This document shows positions 10,427-19,934 of a stretch of 32,000 bases of DNA, piece after piece. Both the position numbers and the translations under genes were made by a program. Each line of letters starts with the position of its first letter. Position 1 is the first letter of the stretch. Below the pieces are notes generated by a model, which was not told where the DNA came from, ran no database searches, and was given only the letters and a program-made list of their open reading frames with translations. The stretch comes from Candidatus Hermodarchaeota archaeon. Its GTDB lineage: Archaea; Asgardarchaeota; Heimdallarchaeia; Hodarchaeales; Hodarchaeaceae. Location: NCBI GenBank assembly GCA_048886185.1, contig JBHLKY010000003.1:225553-257552 (forward strand), read 5' to 3'.

Positions 10427-10495
10427 AAAGCGTACAGATATTAGACCGAAAGCGCTCTCAGAGAAGCTAACGACTCCTGAAGCCACCTGACGATA
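10427..10495 (+). repeat. Intergenic repeat copy R7 (well-conserved left two-thirds, truncated on the right)
   Basis: aaagcgtacagatattagaccgaaagcgctctcagagaagctaacgactcctgaagccacctgacgata, then unrelated sequence. Confidence 0.95.
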
Positions 10496-10497
10496 AA

Positions 10498-10887
10498 AAG
10501 TGTAAGAACTCAGGATTAGTTGTTGCTATCTGTTTCATGATTTTGTTATTAAATTTTTCTTTCAATCTTTCATTCGTGATTTTCTGGTTAATTCTCTTGG
10601 GAACAGCATTCGATTTTTCGATGACCGAAGTGCCTGTCCTTCTCACACAAGTGGCATCAGACTCCAATGGAACGGTTTTATCACTAAAACAAGCTGTAAA
10701 TGCGGGAGCTTTAGCAATTGATTCCACTTTGAGCGGAATTATCTGGATTAGCTTCGGATATGGAATACATGGTCTATTATTTGCGATAATAGCGTTTACA
10801 GGGGCTTTGATTGGTTATTTCAATATTAGAATTGTTCCAGAGAACGAACTTAAGCCTTTAAATGCTGTAATACCAAAAATTCTTTGA
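10498..10887 (+). pseudogene. Probable 5'-truncated fragment of an MFS-type transporter (last ~3 TM helices)
   Basis: Hydrophobic helices with a TQVASDSNGTVLSLKQAVNAGALAIDSTLSGIIWISFGY pattern resembling MFS TM10-12; the frame starts right after truncated R7. Confidence 0.5.
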
Positions 10888-11169
10888 AGTGATCTGAAAG
10901 AACTAGCCAACCCTCCTCTTTTTATTAAATTTTTTCGAATTCAGCCTCAACTGAGGTGATAATAGCCTTCAATGGATCTTTGGAATTATAATTGATCTGT
11001 GTTTTTCTCTAAATATATCTTTGGTAAAACACATTTGCTTACATTCTATTGTGTATGCATTGATCTCAAAATTTTAAAAATCTTATTTTTTTTTCCAATA
11101 AGAATTCCATCTTTTCTAGCTCTCCTCAACTTATTTCTTTAAATAAGCGAAAAAAGGTTCATAGAGCTA

Positions 11170-13347
11170 TTGAAACTTCAATTAAGGATAACAGCAACAT
11201 TTAGGTGGATAATAAATTTGAAAAAGCAGAAAAAATTCGTTTTAATACTTATCATAATTATATTAGGTTCATTTTTACTTGTTTGTGGCTTTAATACTAC
11301 CTTTTCGGTAAATACAACATCTTTGACGAAACTACGAAGTAGTAAGTTTTTATCCACCTCTCAGAATTTCAGGGTTGACCTTGAAAGAAAAGAAGACCAA
11401 TTCCTTGACATTTCTACTTCTGAAAACTCCTGGACTTATATGTTATATCTGGATGCTGATAATGATATAGAAAGAGATGCTGTTCAAGATTTGGAAGAAA
11501 TTGAACGTGGTGGTGGAAGTAATTCCGAAATTAATGTTATTATTCTATTCGATAGAATACCTGGGTATGATGATAGTCATGGGAATTGGAGTGGTAGCCG
11601 TTATTATTTAGCCTCTGAAGATCAATCATCAGTTGAATTTGATTCCATTCTTTTAGAGGACTTAGGAGAAGTAGATATGGGTAATCCCACCACTCTCATT
11701 AATTTCCTCAGCTTCTGTTTTGAAAATTATCCTGCTGAGAATTACTGCTTGGATTTATGGAATCATGGCTGGGGAGTATATGGTATGTGTGCTGATGAAA
11801 CGAATTTTGATGAAAGTATGGGATTATCACTAGATACTATCCAATATGCCATAACAAATTCCACTGGTACTTATGGAACTGAAATTGACGTAATTTCTAT
11901 GGACGCGTGTAATATGAACACGTTGGAAGTTGCTTGGGAGCTAAGAAATTTATGTAAGTATTTTATCGCTACAGAAGATACAACTCATGGCTATGAATAT
12001 GAACCTATTATTCGAGGGCTTCTGGATGCTCCCGAAATGACTGCTTTTGAGTTATGTAGATTAATGGTTGATACTTATGCAAATGAATTCGATTCGTGGG
12101 ACTCAAATTGCTTATCTGTTATTAATGAATCTCTAATTTCTGAGATTATACCCTATATCAATAACTTCACAGACAAGCTAACTTATTGCTTAACTGAACT
12201 TGCTTATGAAAAATTGTTTTTGTGGATAAGAGAAAGCAGTCTGGACTTTTTTGGAGATGAATTCGTTGACTTAATTACTTTTACAGAGAAAATAACATCC
12301 TTTACCAATTATGAACCTCTCAAAAGAGTCGCCAATGAACTTGTGCATTTTTTGGAACAATTGGTTGCGTATAATTGGCAACAGAGTTCATACCAAGGAG
12401 CTGCACGAGGAATAAGCATCTACTTACCTTATACTTCCAGACAAGAGATATTTTACATGTTGAATAATTATGTGGATCAGATTGGGGTATTCGAAGGGAT
12501 GGATTGGCAAAGGGACTCACAATGGGATGAGTTTCTTGAGCTATACTGGCGTCAGAGCTATTATATTGTCCAACCAGGACCTAGTCGTCTTCCTTTAGGA
12601 GATCCAACTGATGAGTTTTCTCTTTCTCAAGCTGAAGGAAAATTGTTCCGAATAAGATTTTGGCAAGAAGCAATTTATGAATTCACGTGTCGAATATCCT
12701 CGGGTGATATAGATATGCTAGTTCTAAGCTCTGAGAGATATATTGGTGGAAGTTATCTTATTAATCCTAATGACGGTTCAACTGAATATTGTCGTTTTTA
12801 TCTTCCAAGGGATACTTATTATATTTTTTTGACTGGAATAGGTTCTAATTCCAGTTGTACAATGGAGGTGAACCAATTTTATCCTCAGAACCTCTCTTGT
12901 AATACCCCTTATAGGTTTTTTGGGGGCACAAAACAAGGAGATAGTACAGGACATTTCATTCAAGACTTACATCATTACTTTCGAGTTGAAATGGGAAAAG
13001 GAAATTATACGATTGTTCTTCGGAATTCAGAACTAGCAAATCATCAATTAACAATATATGATAACTCTTGGATTCAAATCCTTTCCTTTGAACCAGCAGG
13101 TTATGGAAAAACTATTACTTCGAATTATAATTCTACCAATAATGTAACAATTCTCTATTTTGAAGTAATTGGACTTGAAGGTGCAGGAAGCTTTACAATA
13201 GAAATTATAAACAATGAATTTAACCAAAAACCTGTATCATCTTCAGAAGAATTATTTACTTCCCAAAATTCTAGCGGTTTTTTGTATACTCTTGTGATTC
13301 CATTAGGAATGCTAGTACCCATCTATAAAAAGAAATTTGATAGGTAA
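11170..13347 (+). CDS. Clostripain-family (C11) cysteine peptidase, secreted and C-terminally anchored
   Basis: WTYMLYLDADNDIE, GEVDMGNP, LWNHG (catalytic His), MDACNM (catalytic Cys); N-terminal hydrophobic segment; TM segment with KKK tail. Confidence 0.93.
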   Translation: MKLQLRITATFRWIINLKKQKKFVLILIIIILGSFLLVCGFNTTFSVNTTSLTKLRSSKFLSTSQNFRVDLERKEDQFLDISTSENSWTYMLYLDADNDIERDAVQDLEEIERGGGSNSEINVIILFDRIPGYDDSHGNWSGSRYYLASEDQSSVEFDSILLEDLGEVDMGNPTTLINFLSFCFENYPAENYCLDLWNHGWGVYGMCADETNFDESMGLSLDTIQYAITNSTGTYGTEIDVISMDACNMNTLEVAWELRNLCKYFIATEDTTHGYEYEPIIRGLLDAPEMTAFELCRLMVDTYANEFDSWDSNCLSVINESLISEIIPYINNFTDKLTYCLTELAYEKLFLWIRESSLDFFGDEFVDLITFTEKITSFTNYEPLKRVANELVHFLEQLVAYNWQQSSYQGAARGISIYLPYTSRQEIFYMLNNYVDQIGVFEGMDWQRDSQWDEFLELYWRQSYYIVQPGPSRLPLGDPTDEFSLSQAEGKLFRIRFWQEAIYEFTCRISSGDIDMLVLSSERYIGGSYLINPNDGSTEYCRFYLPRDTYYIFLTGIGSNSSCTMEVNQFYPQNLSCNTPYRFFGGTKQGDSTGHFIQDLHHYFRVEMGKGNYTIVLRNSELANHQLTIYDNSWIQILSFEPAGYGKTITSNYNSTNNVTILYFEVIGLEGAGSFTIEIINNEFNQKPVSSSEELFTSQNSSGFLYTLVIPLGMLVPIYKKKFDR

Positions 13348-13790
13348 TTTCAATATCAGAATTTAGTGTTAGCAACTAAATTTCAATACAATAACTGATT
13401 ATAAGTTCTTTTAACCTCTTCTAAATAGAGTGCATATATTTTTCAGCCAAACAAATCAATCTAATTTGCTAAAAATGAGAAGTCCAAAATCATCATTTCA
13501 TAGCTCATTAGACTTCATAGAAAACATTTTCAAAACTATTTTTACTGGCAGAGGACAATCTGATCACCATAGAAGAACAGACCAGCAAAATCGGGTGGAA
13601 ATACTACCTCTGGAAGTTTCCTAGGGTGCTTGAGACGAAACACCAGGGCCCCCTACTAGGCATTAAAACTGGGAGACTGAATTATAGTCCAAGAATAGGG
13701 TTCATTTAAGAGGCGGATCTAGATTCTATTGCTAGGATTTATGATCTCAAGTCCTTTGACAGAAAACCTCAGCTACAGGAGTAAGGCGAA

Positions 13791-14204
13791 TTGTTCATTC
13801 CAATGCTCACAGCGTTCTTACTTTCCCGAGAAGAAGCGGCTAAGACGAGAGTACTTATCAGGAAGTTACTCCTGGTTAATGAGGTGATCTCTTTTCTCTC
13901 ATCTTTTCTTTCAATCTCAAGTTCTCCGAATTACAGACTTTTTCTACCGTTTTCGTATCCCCTAGGGCTATCATATAGCGTTGCCCCAGAAGCAATTTAC
14001 CCTCCCTACATTACTTGGTATGTGTGGTTATTCCTCCCAAGGGATTTCTACCCAAGTCCCACATTTCAATTCACACTACAACTTGAAAGAGTCGAAGTTC
14101 TTCTCATAAAAACATTCTTTTTCTTCGTATTCCTTGCGATTAATACTATTGTTTCGGTTAGTGTCCTCCTCTTAGTGAAACGAGCCAAAGACGCCAAAAA
14201 TTAG
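13791..14204 (+). CDS. Hypothetical membrane protein
   Basis: 137-aa ORF with hydrophobic segments and a basic tail; no family recognised. Confidence 0.5.
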   Translation: MFIPMLTAFLLSREEAAKTRVLIRKLLLVNEVISFLSSFLSISSSPNYRLFLPFSYPLGLSYSVAPEAIYPPYITWYVWLFLPRDFYPSPTFQFTLQLERVEVLLIKTFFFFVFLAINTIVSVSVLLLVKRAKDAKN

Positions 14205-14224
14205 ACTATGTATCCGAGGTGTGA

Positions 14225-15127
14225 TACCTGATTTCAAGGAAACCATTCCTTAGAAACTTTATATATGAAAGACTACTTTTAATACGAGAATTATTAGCCA
14301 GTAATGGATCGATTTTCGTTCATTTAGACTGGCATTCAGTACACTATGTTAAAGTGATTATGGATGAAATTTTTGGGCGTAAAAACTTCAGAGCAGATAC
14401 AATCTGGCAACGAACACCAGGGCACCATTTGTCATCAACAATGGATGTCATGACAGATGTCATCCTATGGTATAGTAAAACCGAAGATGTGGTGTACCAC
14501 CAACAATACCAGTACCTAACTGATGAGGAGATAAAGGAAAAATTCCCCTATATTGAGAAGGAAACAGGACGCCGATTCACCCACGAAAAACTTGAACAGA
14601 GTGCAAACGCGTACAGTATAGGTGAGAAAAGAAGAATCGGTAATAGAGAGGTTACTACAAACGTGGGTTGGCGTTGGACACAAGAAACATTTGATAAGAG
14701 ATCAAAAGATAATCCTCATCTAATTTTTTCGACAAGTAAAGGAAGACCACGATACAAGCGTTATGCTGATGAATACCTAGGCAGAAAGATTGGTAACCTT
14801 TAGACTGATATTCCATCACTTGCCTCAAATGAAAAGGAACGATTAGGGTATCCAACTCAAAAACCCGAAGCTTTACTCAAGAGAATTACAGAAATGACTT
14901 CTAATGAGGGAGATATTGTTGCTGACTTCTTCTGTGGGTCTGGAACTACTTTAGTAACAGCCGAAAAGCTGAATAGACGATGGATAGGAGTAGATTTCTC
15001 TGATTATGCCGTTGAATTGACAAAAAAACGATTTTTTTCAATAAAAAAGTCCAAAAACTTGGTTAAAGAAGGAGAATTTTACGAAAAAGTAGCGAAACCG
15101 TTTGAAGTATTAATTCTTACCAAGTAA
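14225..15127 (+). pseudogene. N4/N6 (beta-class, Mod-like) DNA methyltransferase, N-terminally truncated with an internal TAG
   Basis: One frame: YERLLLIRELLASNGSIFVHLDWH...MDEIFG...GNL*TDI (TAG 14801-14803)...GYPTQKPEALLKR...GDIVADFFCGSGTT...WIGVD; no DPPY/F motif upstream. Confidence 0.88.
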
Positions 15128-15166
15128 TTATCAACCTTAATCACAAGCTATAGAGGAACATCGAGT

Positions 15167-17242
15167 TTATTCCTTTGAATTTGATCTCTTCCTTAAAAGA
15201 AGGACAATTATCACCAATTCAAACACAAAGAAATAAGATGCTGCATTGTTTGTTGTTGTTCTGGTATTAGATTGAGTGGGTATGGAAGTTAACTGTTCAT
15301 ACAACTTGGGTGTTATAAAACCCTCAGTCCATGATGGTCTTTCAGGAGTAGTTCCTTGATCAAGTAATTCCAACCACTCACTATCTGTCATACGTTCTCC
15401 AAAAGGTGTTGTAAATTCATAATAAGAAAAAACTAAGCCAGCACCAGCAATGTAATCACCCCCATGTTTATAAGCTATAAGGATAGGATTAAAATGCGCT
15501 GTTGCTTCGTGTAATGTAACCCTGATGTTTGGTTCTGTTAAAACATCAGCAATAAGTGCTGGACTTTTTTCATTTTCAGAGTACATATGAAATGATTTAA
15601 GTGATCCCCCAATATCGTGAATTTGGCTCTGTTCCATATCTGTGAGAGTTTCTCCCTGTTCTATTTTCTTAGCCATTGCCCCAAAATTCTGACATAAAGA
15701 GATTATAATTTCTGTTTGCTTTAAAAAACGATTTCGATCAGTTTCATTCAGATAATTCATACAAATTCTTTTTGCAGCTAATACCATATTCTTTAATGAA
15801 TCCCAAAAAGCAGATACAGGCTCAATCAACCCTTTCTCCTCACTTACACACTCTGGTATGAAAGTTTGTTTCCCATAAAGAATTACATCATGCCGTAACT
15901 GGGTCCATGAAGCTAACATAGAATTGAGTCGTAGTAATTGCCATGGTTCTATCTGAGTAAACCATGGAAGGTAGGTGGGTTTACTTAATGTTTCATAACT
16001 TGTAAGAGTTCTAAGGGTCTTTAGCCAACTATTATAAACAGAACGTTCCCAATAAGTTGTAGGAAGATTGTCAAAGTACGTTGTTGCAGCAATAAGATTC
16101 TCGGTGAGGTTGGGTGTGTTCTTTTTTTCTTCAAAAAGCAAATCATCTGCTTTTTCACTCCCCATAACAGTTGCAGCAATTTCTAACCCATTAGAACATC
16201 TAAAGGGAGTATTAGGATAGGAGACATTATGAAAAACCTCACTATCAGGAAGATATTTCTCTCCTAAGAATTGGATATATTTCGGAGGGATTCGACCAGG
16301 CCAAGCTTGACGAGTAGAATCTATCTTAGATAAAGGATAGATTGGTCTGGCGAGTTCTATTTGCAATAATGTAATGTTTTCATCAGCCTCAAAGTCACTT
16401 GGCCTAGAGTTTGATCCAAAACATGAGTTAATAGCCTTATTAAGCATAGCAGGAGTGATACTGTCAGCAATATTTACGAGATAACTTGTTATGTTATATA
16501 ATGCCTCCCATTTGTTCTTTAGAATGTTATCATTCCACAATGTCAAAGAAAACAATATACTTTGACGTAGTTCATGTATAGCTTCTTTGGTACTGTTTGA
16601 ATCCCAATCATCATCCACTCTAAATATCCGTCTGCTAACCCATTTCATCGCTCTAAAGTATTTTTCAAGTGTGCTATCTCCCTCATAATACCCTCTTACC
16701 TTAAATTGGGTGTAATCTTCGCCTGGGAAATATTCAATTAGATTTTGTTCAACAATTTTTCTTAGAAAAGAATTAATGGTCTCATTAACCTCGTTTGGAA
16801 TTTCGGGATCAAGCTCTAGGAGTTTTGTTGCAACTCCGAAAAAAACAAGATTCCTTTTGAGAGCCTCTTGAATGTTTGAATTATTAGGTGAATTGGAATA
16901 ATCCAACAGGGTTTGTTGATACATTCCCCAAAGGAGATCTTGTAGATCCTCAGAGAGTTTGTTTTTTTCTATTTTTTTCAACTGATCCTCAATTAAAGTA
17001 TGAAATAGGTGTAACATTACATCTGCGGTCACAAACGAACCTACAGAACTGAGTTGTATATCCAAATAGAAATCTGAGGATTTTTCAATCCACTTGTCAT
17101 TCAAAACTAAGAATCCATTGGTTAAAAGGATCTCTTGCTGTGTTACATTAATTGGAAATAATTCTAAAAGCTCATCGAAGTTATAAGGAACTGAATCATT
17201 ATTTGCATTGCTAATTGAGATAAAATCAGTTAACCCAGCCAT
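15167..17242 (-). CDS. DUF3160-family surface protein with C-terminal anchor
   Basis: HLFHTLIEDQLKKIE, EDYTQFKVRGYY, YFRAMKW, LASWTQLRHDVILYGKQ, GLVFSYYEF; T-rich linker, TM segment and RKR. Confidence 0.85.
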   Translation of the reverse strand: MAGLTDFISISNANNDSVPYNFDELLELFPINVTQQEILLTNGFLVLNDKWIEKSSDFYLDIQLSSVGSFVTADVMLHLFHTLIEDQLKKIEKNKLSEDLQDLLWGMYQQTLLDYSNSPNNSNIQEALKRNLVFFGVATKLLELDPEIPNEVNETINSFLRKIVEQNLIEYFPGEDYTQFKVRGYYEGDSTLEKYFRAMKWVSRRIFRVDDDWDSNSTKEAIHELRQSILFSLTLWNDNILKNKWEALYNITSYLVNIADSITPAMLNKAINSCFGSNSRPSDFEADENITLLQIELARPIYPLSKIDSTRQAWPGRIPPKYIQFLGEKYLPDSEVFHNVSYPNTPFRCSNGLEIAATVMGSEKADDLLFEEKKNTPNLTENLIAATTYFDNLPTTYWERSVYNSWLKTLRTLTSYETLSKPTYLPWFTQIEPWQLLRLNSMLASWTQLRHDVILYGKQTFIPECVSEEKGLIEPVSAFWDSLKNMVLAAKRICMNYLNETDRNRFLKQTEIIISLCQNFGAMAKKIEQGETLTDMEQSQIHDIGGSLKSFHMYSENEKSPALIADVLTEPNIRVTLHEATAHFNPILIAYKHGGDYIAGAGLVFSYYEFTTPFGERMTDSEWLELLDQGTTPERPSWTEGFITPKLYEQLTSIPTQSNTRTTTNNAASYFFVFELVIIVLLLRKRSNSKE

Positions 17243-17555
17243 TAATAACGAAATTAGTAGAAATACTTGACATAAATGAAAAATCTGTTGCTTTTGGATA
17301 AAAAAGAAGAAAATCTTCTTCAGTATTAGATCCCCGTCCCTAAACTAGCCAAACCTCAATTAATAAGTTTTCCATTGATGAATGACTCTAAATATAAAAT
17401 ATCAAATACTCATATGCTATGAAAAATATCGTTTTATCAGACAAAATATATAGGAGGAACAGCTACTTCCTAGGGAAAGTGTGGTTGGTGAGATATCTGC
17501 CAAAAAAGTTGATTGACAGTGGAAGAACGTCAAGAAAAATGATAGGTGGAAGAGA

Positions 17556-18122
17556 ATGGCCTTAAAACCTCCAAGCAGACACGTCAAGACGATCCGTGAG
17601 CTGATTTATTGGTATTATGCAGACTTGATCGCACGGGCAGCAGGCTTTGAGGGACAATATGGGTTTGTAATGTCGCGATACAAAAAATTGAAAATGGGAG
17701 AAATAAAATGGGCATCATCCATCCGAGACAAACAAAAAGAATGGGAAAAGGGGCAGGTGTGTGTCTATTGTGAAGCAACTGAAACTGTGACACACGACCA
17801 TATCATCCCCGCCTCAAGAGCTGGGGTGGATCCACGGGTGAAAAGCCTTCTGGAGTCAGCAGATAACTGCGTATGGGCGTGTAAATCCTGCAATAGTAGC
17901 AAAGGGGCTCGTGACATCTTTGAATGGTACGGAGAGGAGAAGATCAATGATATTCCGCGATTAGTGTTATCCAAATTTCTTAAGTTGGCATACCGACTGC
18001 ATGAAACCCAGGGAACGCTAGATTTACAAGACCTAGATATGGACGGGATGTTGAACATCTACGATTTAGGAGTGGTCATCACACACCTGATTGCGAAACT
18101 CTCAAGGCAATCGAGTGGTTAG
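17556..18122 (+). CDS. HNH endonuclease
   Basis: CVYC...THDHIIP...DNCVWACKSCNSSKG. Confidence 0.9.
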   Translation: MALKPPSRHVKTIRELIYWYYADLIARAAGFEGQYGFVMSRYKKLKMGEIKWASSIRDKQKEWEKGQVCVYCEATETVTHDHIIPASRAGVDPRVKSLLESADNCVWACKSCNSSKGARDIFEWYGEEKINDIPRLVLSKFLKLAYRLHETQGTLDLQDLDMDGMLNIYDLGVVITHLIAKLSRQSSG

Positions 18123-18179
18123 ATACAAAGGGCATGAACAGCAAACGAATGTAAACTAAAAACGTGAAAAGAGGGATTT

Positions 18180-18545
18180 ATGTTTAAAATTAGGAATATG
18201 GAGAGACAAGACGTGGAAACAGTGGCGCGAATGGTCGCTTTAGATCATAATGAGGACCCGAAACAGGGATATAAGGAGGCAAAAGAACATACGTTAGATC
18301 ATTTAAAGATTGTCCACCAACATTGCTATGTAGTAGAAAATGAAGAAAATAAAATCATAGCAACAATGATTCTGCATCCACAAAAGGAGACTTTTGAAAT
18401 CGAAGATTTCCACATAAAAGATATTCGACACAACAAAGAAGCGCTAGAGGTACTTAAGGCGAAATTGCTCGAATACTTAGAAACAGTTCAAACAGAGATA
18501 ATATGCTGCCCTTATGCCCTCAAAAGACTTCTGACAACATATTAG
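18180..18545 (+). CDS. GNAT-fold-like small protein (atypical or truncated)
   Basis: FKIRNMERQDVETV start and CYVVENEENKIIATMIL beta-strand pattern; no clear acetyl-CoA-binding motif. Confidence 0.55.
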   Translation: MFKIRNMERQDVETVARMVALDHNEDPKQGYKEAKEHTLDHLKIVHQHCYVVENEENKIIATMILHPQKETFEIEDFHIKDIRHNKEALEVLKAKLLEYLETVQTEIICCPYALKRLLTTY

Positions 18546-18581
18546 AAACACGGTAATAATTTTACTTCTCTAAAAATAAAC

Positions 18582-18670
18582 AAAGAGCATACAGATCTCA
18601 GACCGAAAGCACTCTAAGAGAAGCTGCTGACTCCTGAAGTTCAGTGTGATTAATGATAGAAAGCTTCAAT
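18582..18670 (+). repeat. Intergenic repeat copy R8a (left half canonical, right part divergent)
   Basis: aaagagcatacagatctcagaccgaaagcactctaagagaagctgctgactcctgaag, then ...gatagaaagcttcaat. Confidence 0.9.
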
Positions 18671-18864
18671 ATAAATCACTTGAATTTTTCAGATCACTAA
18701 GAAGAATGAAACAGTGAAAGTTCAATTTTACCGATATATGGCGTTTTACACCGATCCTGACTGTTTCTACATACATGAAGGTTGAAATAATCTTTACTAG
18801 GATGGAACTCCTTTCTATATTTACGAAAACAAATGTTTATATTTACAGATGTATACAACAATAT

Positions 18865-19149
18865 ATGCTGATTAAAGTGAATGAAACGATTACTTCAAGA
18901 TTAGAAAAGGAAGATATCGATTTATTAGATAAATTTATTCAAATGGGTCTTTTTGCAAATCGTAGCGAGGCTGTAAGAGTTATTATGTCAAAGGAACTGA
19001 AAAAAATAGCAAAAAAGCAGCTGAAAAGCGAAATACAAAGGACTTTAGAAATGAAACCTCTCTTAACAGAGCAAGAATTACTAGCAATTGGAAATCGATT
19101 ATTTCCTTCCTCTGTAGCATCTCATGTAGCTGAAGGGCGAGAGAGATGA
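18865..19149 (+). CDS. Ribbon-helix-helix (CopG-like) antitoxin
   Basis: TITSRLEKEDIDLLDKFIQMGLFANRSEAVR RHH pattern; ATG at 18865 preferred over the ORF-track start 18775; ATGA overlap with the PIN gene. Confidence 0.82.
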   Translation: MLIKVNETITSRLEKEDIDLLDKFIQMGLFANRSEAVRVIMSKELKKIAKKQLKSEIQRTLEMKPLLTEQELLAIGNRLFPSSVASHVAEGRER

Positions 19150-19685
19150 AACGAGTATATATAGATACGAGTGTCCTTCTCGCTAAGTGGATTCCAACCG
19201 ATCTTTTTCATGAAGAAAGTAAAAAAATTGTTGAAGCAGTAAAAACCGAAAGAATTAGAGGAATCGTTTCAGGACTAGGTCTAGCAGAAGCATCCTCTGT
19301 TGTTGAAAGACAACAGGGCAAATTTGCACCGGATCTGGCGCCAGAAATCTCGTTAAGTGCAGAATATCTCAAAAGAATTGTAATGATTCCGCATTTAGAG
19401 ATCCTAGATATTGTTTATCCAATTCAGATGGTAATCGCAGGGTCACAATTGGAATTATCCCTGATCTATTGGCAATCGCTAGATCTCGCCCCAAAATTCC
19501 ATCTGAAAACATTAGACAATCTACATCTAGCCATAAGTGTTCTTAGTGACAAATTGAAAGGGAGACCAATTGATTATTTTGTCACAGGAGACCATGAAAT
19601 TGTCTCGAATGCTCATCAAATTAAAACCGAATGTGGCTTTTCGAGCATGTTTCCTGATCAATTGGTTACATTAGAGGGGTTATGA
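19146..19685 (+). CDS. vapC: PIN-domain VapC toxin
   Basis: VYIDTSVLL, LAEASSV, KTLDNLHLA, FVTGDHE. Confidence 0.9.
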   Translation: MKRVYIDTSVLLAKWIPTDLFHEESKKIVEAVKTERIRGIVSGLGLAEASSVVERQQGKFAPDLAPEISLSAEYLKRIVMIPHLEILDIVYPIQMVIAGSQLELSLIYWQSLDLAPKFHLKTLDNLHLAISVLSDKLKGRPIDYFVTGDHEIVSNAHQIKTECGFSSMFPDQLVTLEGL

Positions 19686-19686
19686 A

Positions 19687-19748
19687 ACTCCTAGAGCCAC
19701 CTAACGATAGATTTTGTGGAAAAGCTTAAGTTCCACACGGTTAGCCCT
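19687..19748 (+). repeat. Intergenic repeat copy R8b (right half only, abuts the vapC stop)
   Basis: actcctagagccacctaacgatag...gcttaagttccacacggttagccc. Confidence 0.88.
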
Positions 19749-19934
19749 CAAGAAAAATCCCCGCAATAGTCTTCATATCTGTGAAGTGAACCATATAAAA
19801 CGGAAGACCACGATCTTCAACAAACTGCTGATCTTCCTCCGCGGAAATGATCTCAGAGGTGAAAATCAATCCAACAACCACAATTGATCCTGTGGGAATG
19901 GATGAATTACACTTGCAGGTGGTTGAATACCACT

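Noticed and set aside
13430-13700. 64-aa ORF and a possible hairpin (cctag-ggtg...cacc...ctagg, ~13620-13661)
   Set aside because: No protein motif; the hairpin is short and single-copy and matches no RNA family I can identify.
14801-14803. Stop-codon recoding (pyrrolysine, selenocysteine or alternative code) to explain in-frame stops
   Set aside because: The internal stops in the window are of all three types (TAA 1225, TGA 9371, TAG 14801) and accompany truncations or frameshifts; intact genes use all three as normal stops.
18775-18864. N-terminal extension of the RHH antitoxin in the ORF track
   Set aside because: This stretch is the non-coding upstream block also present in the 27.6-kb duplicate; the RHH motif begins after ATG 18865.
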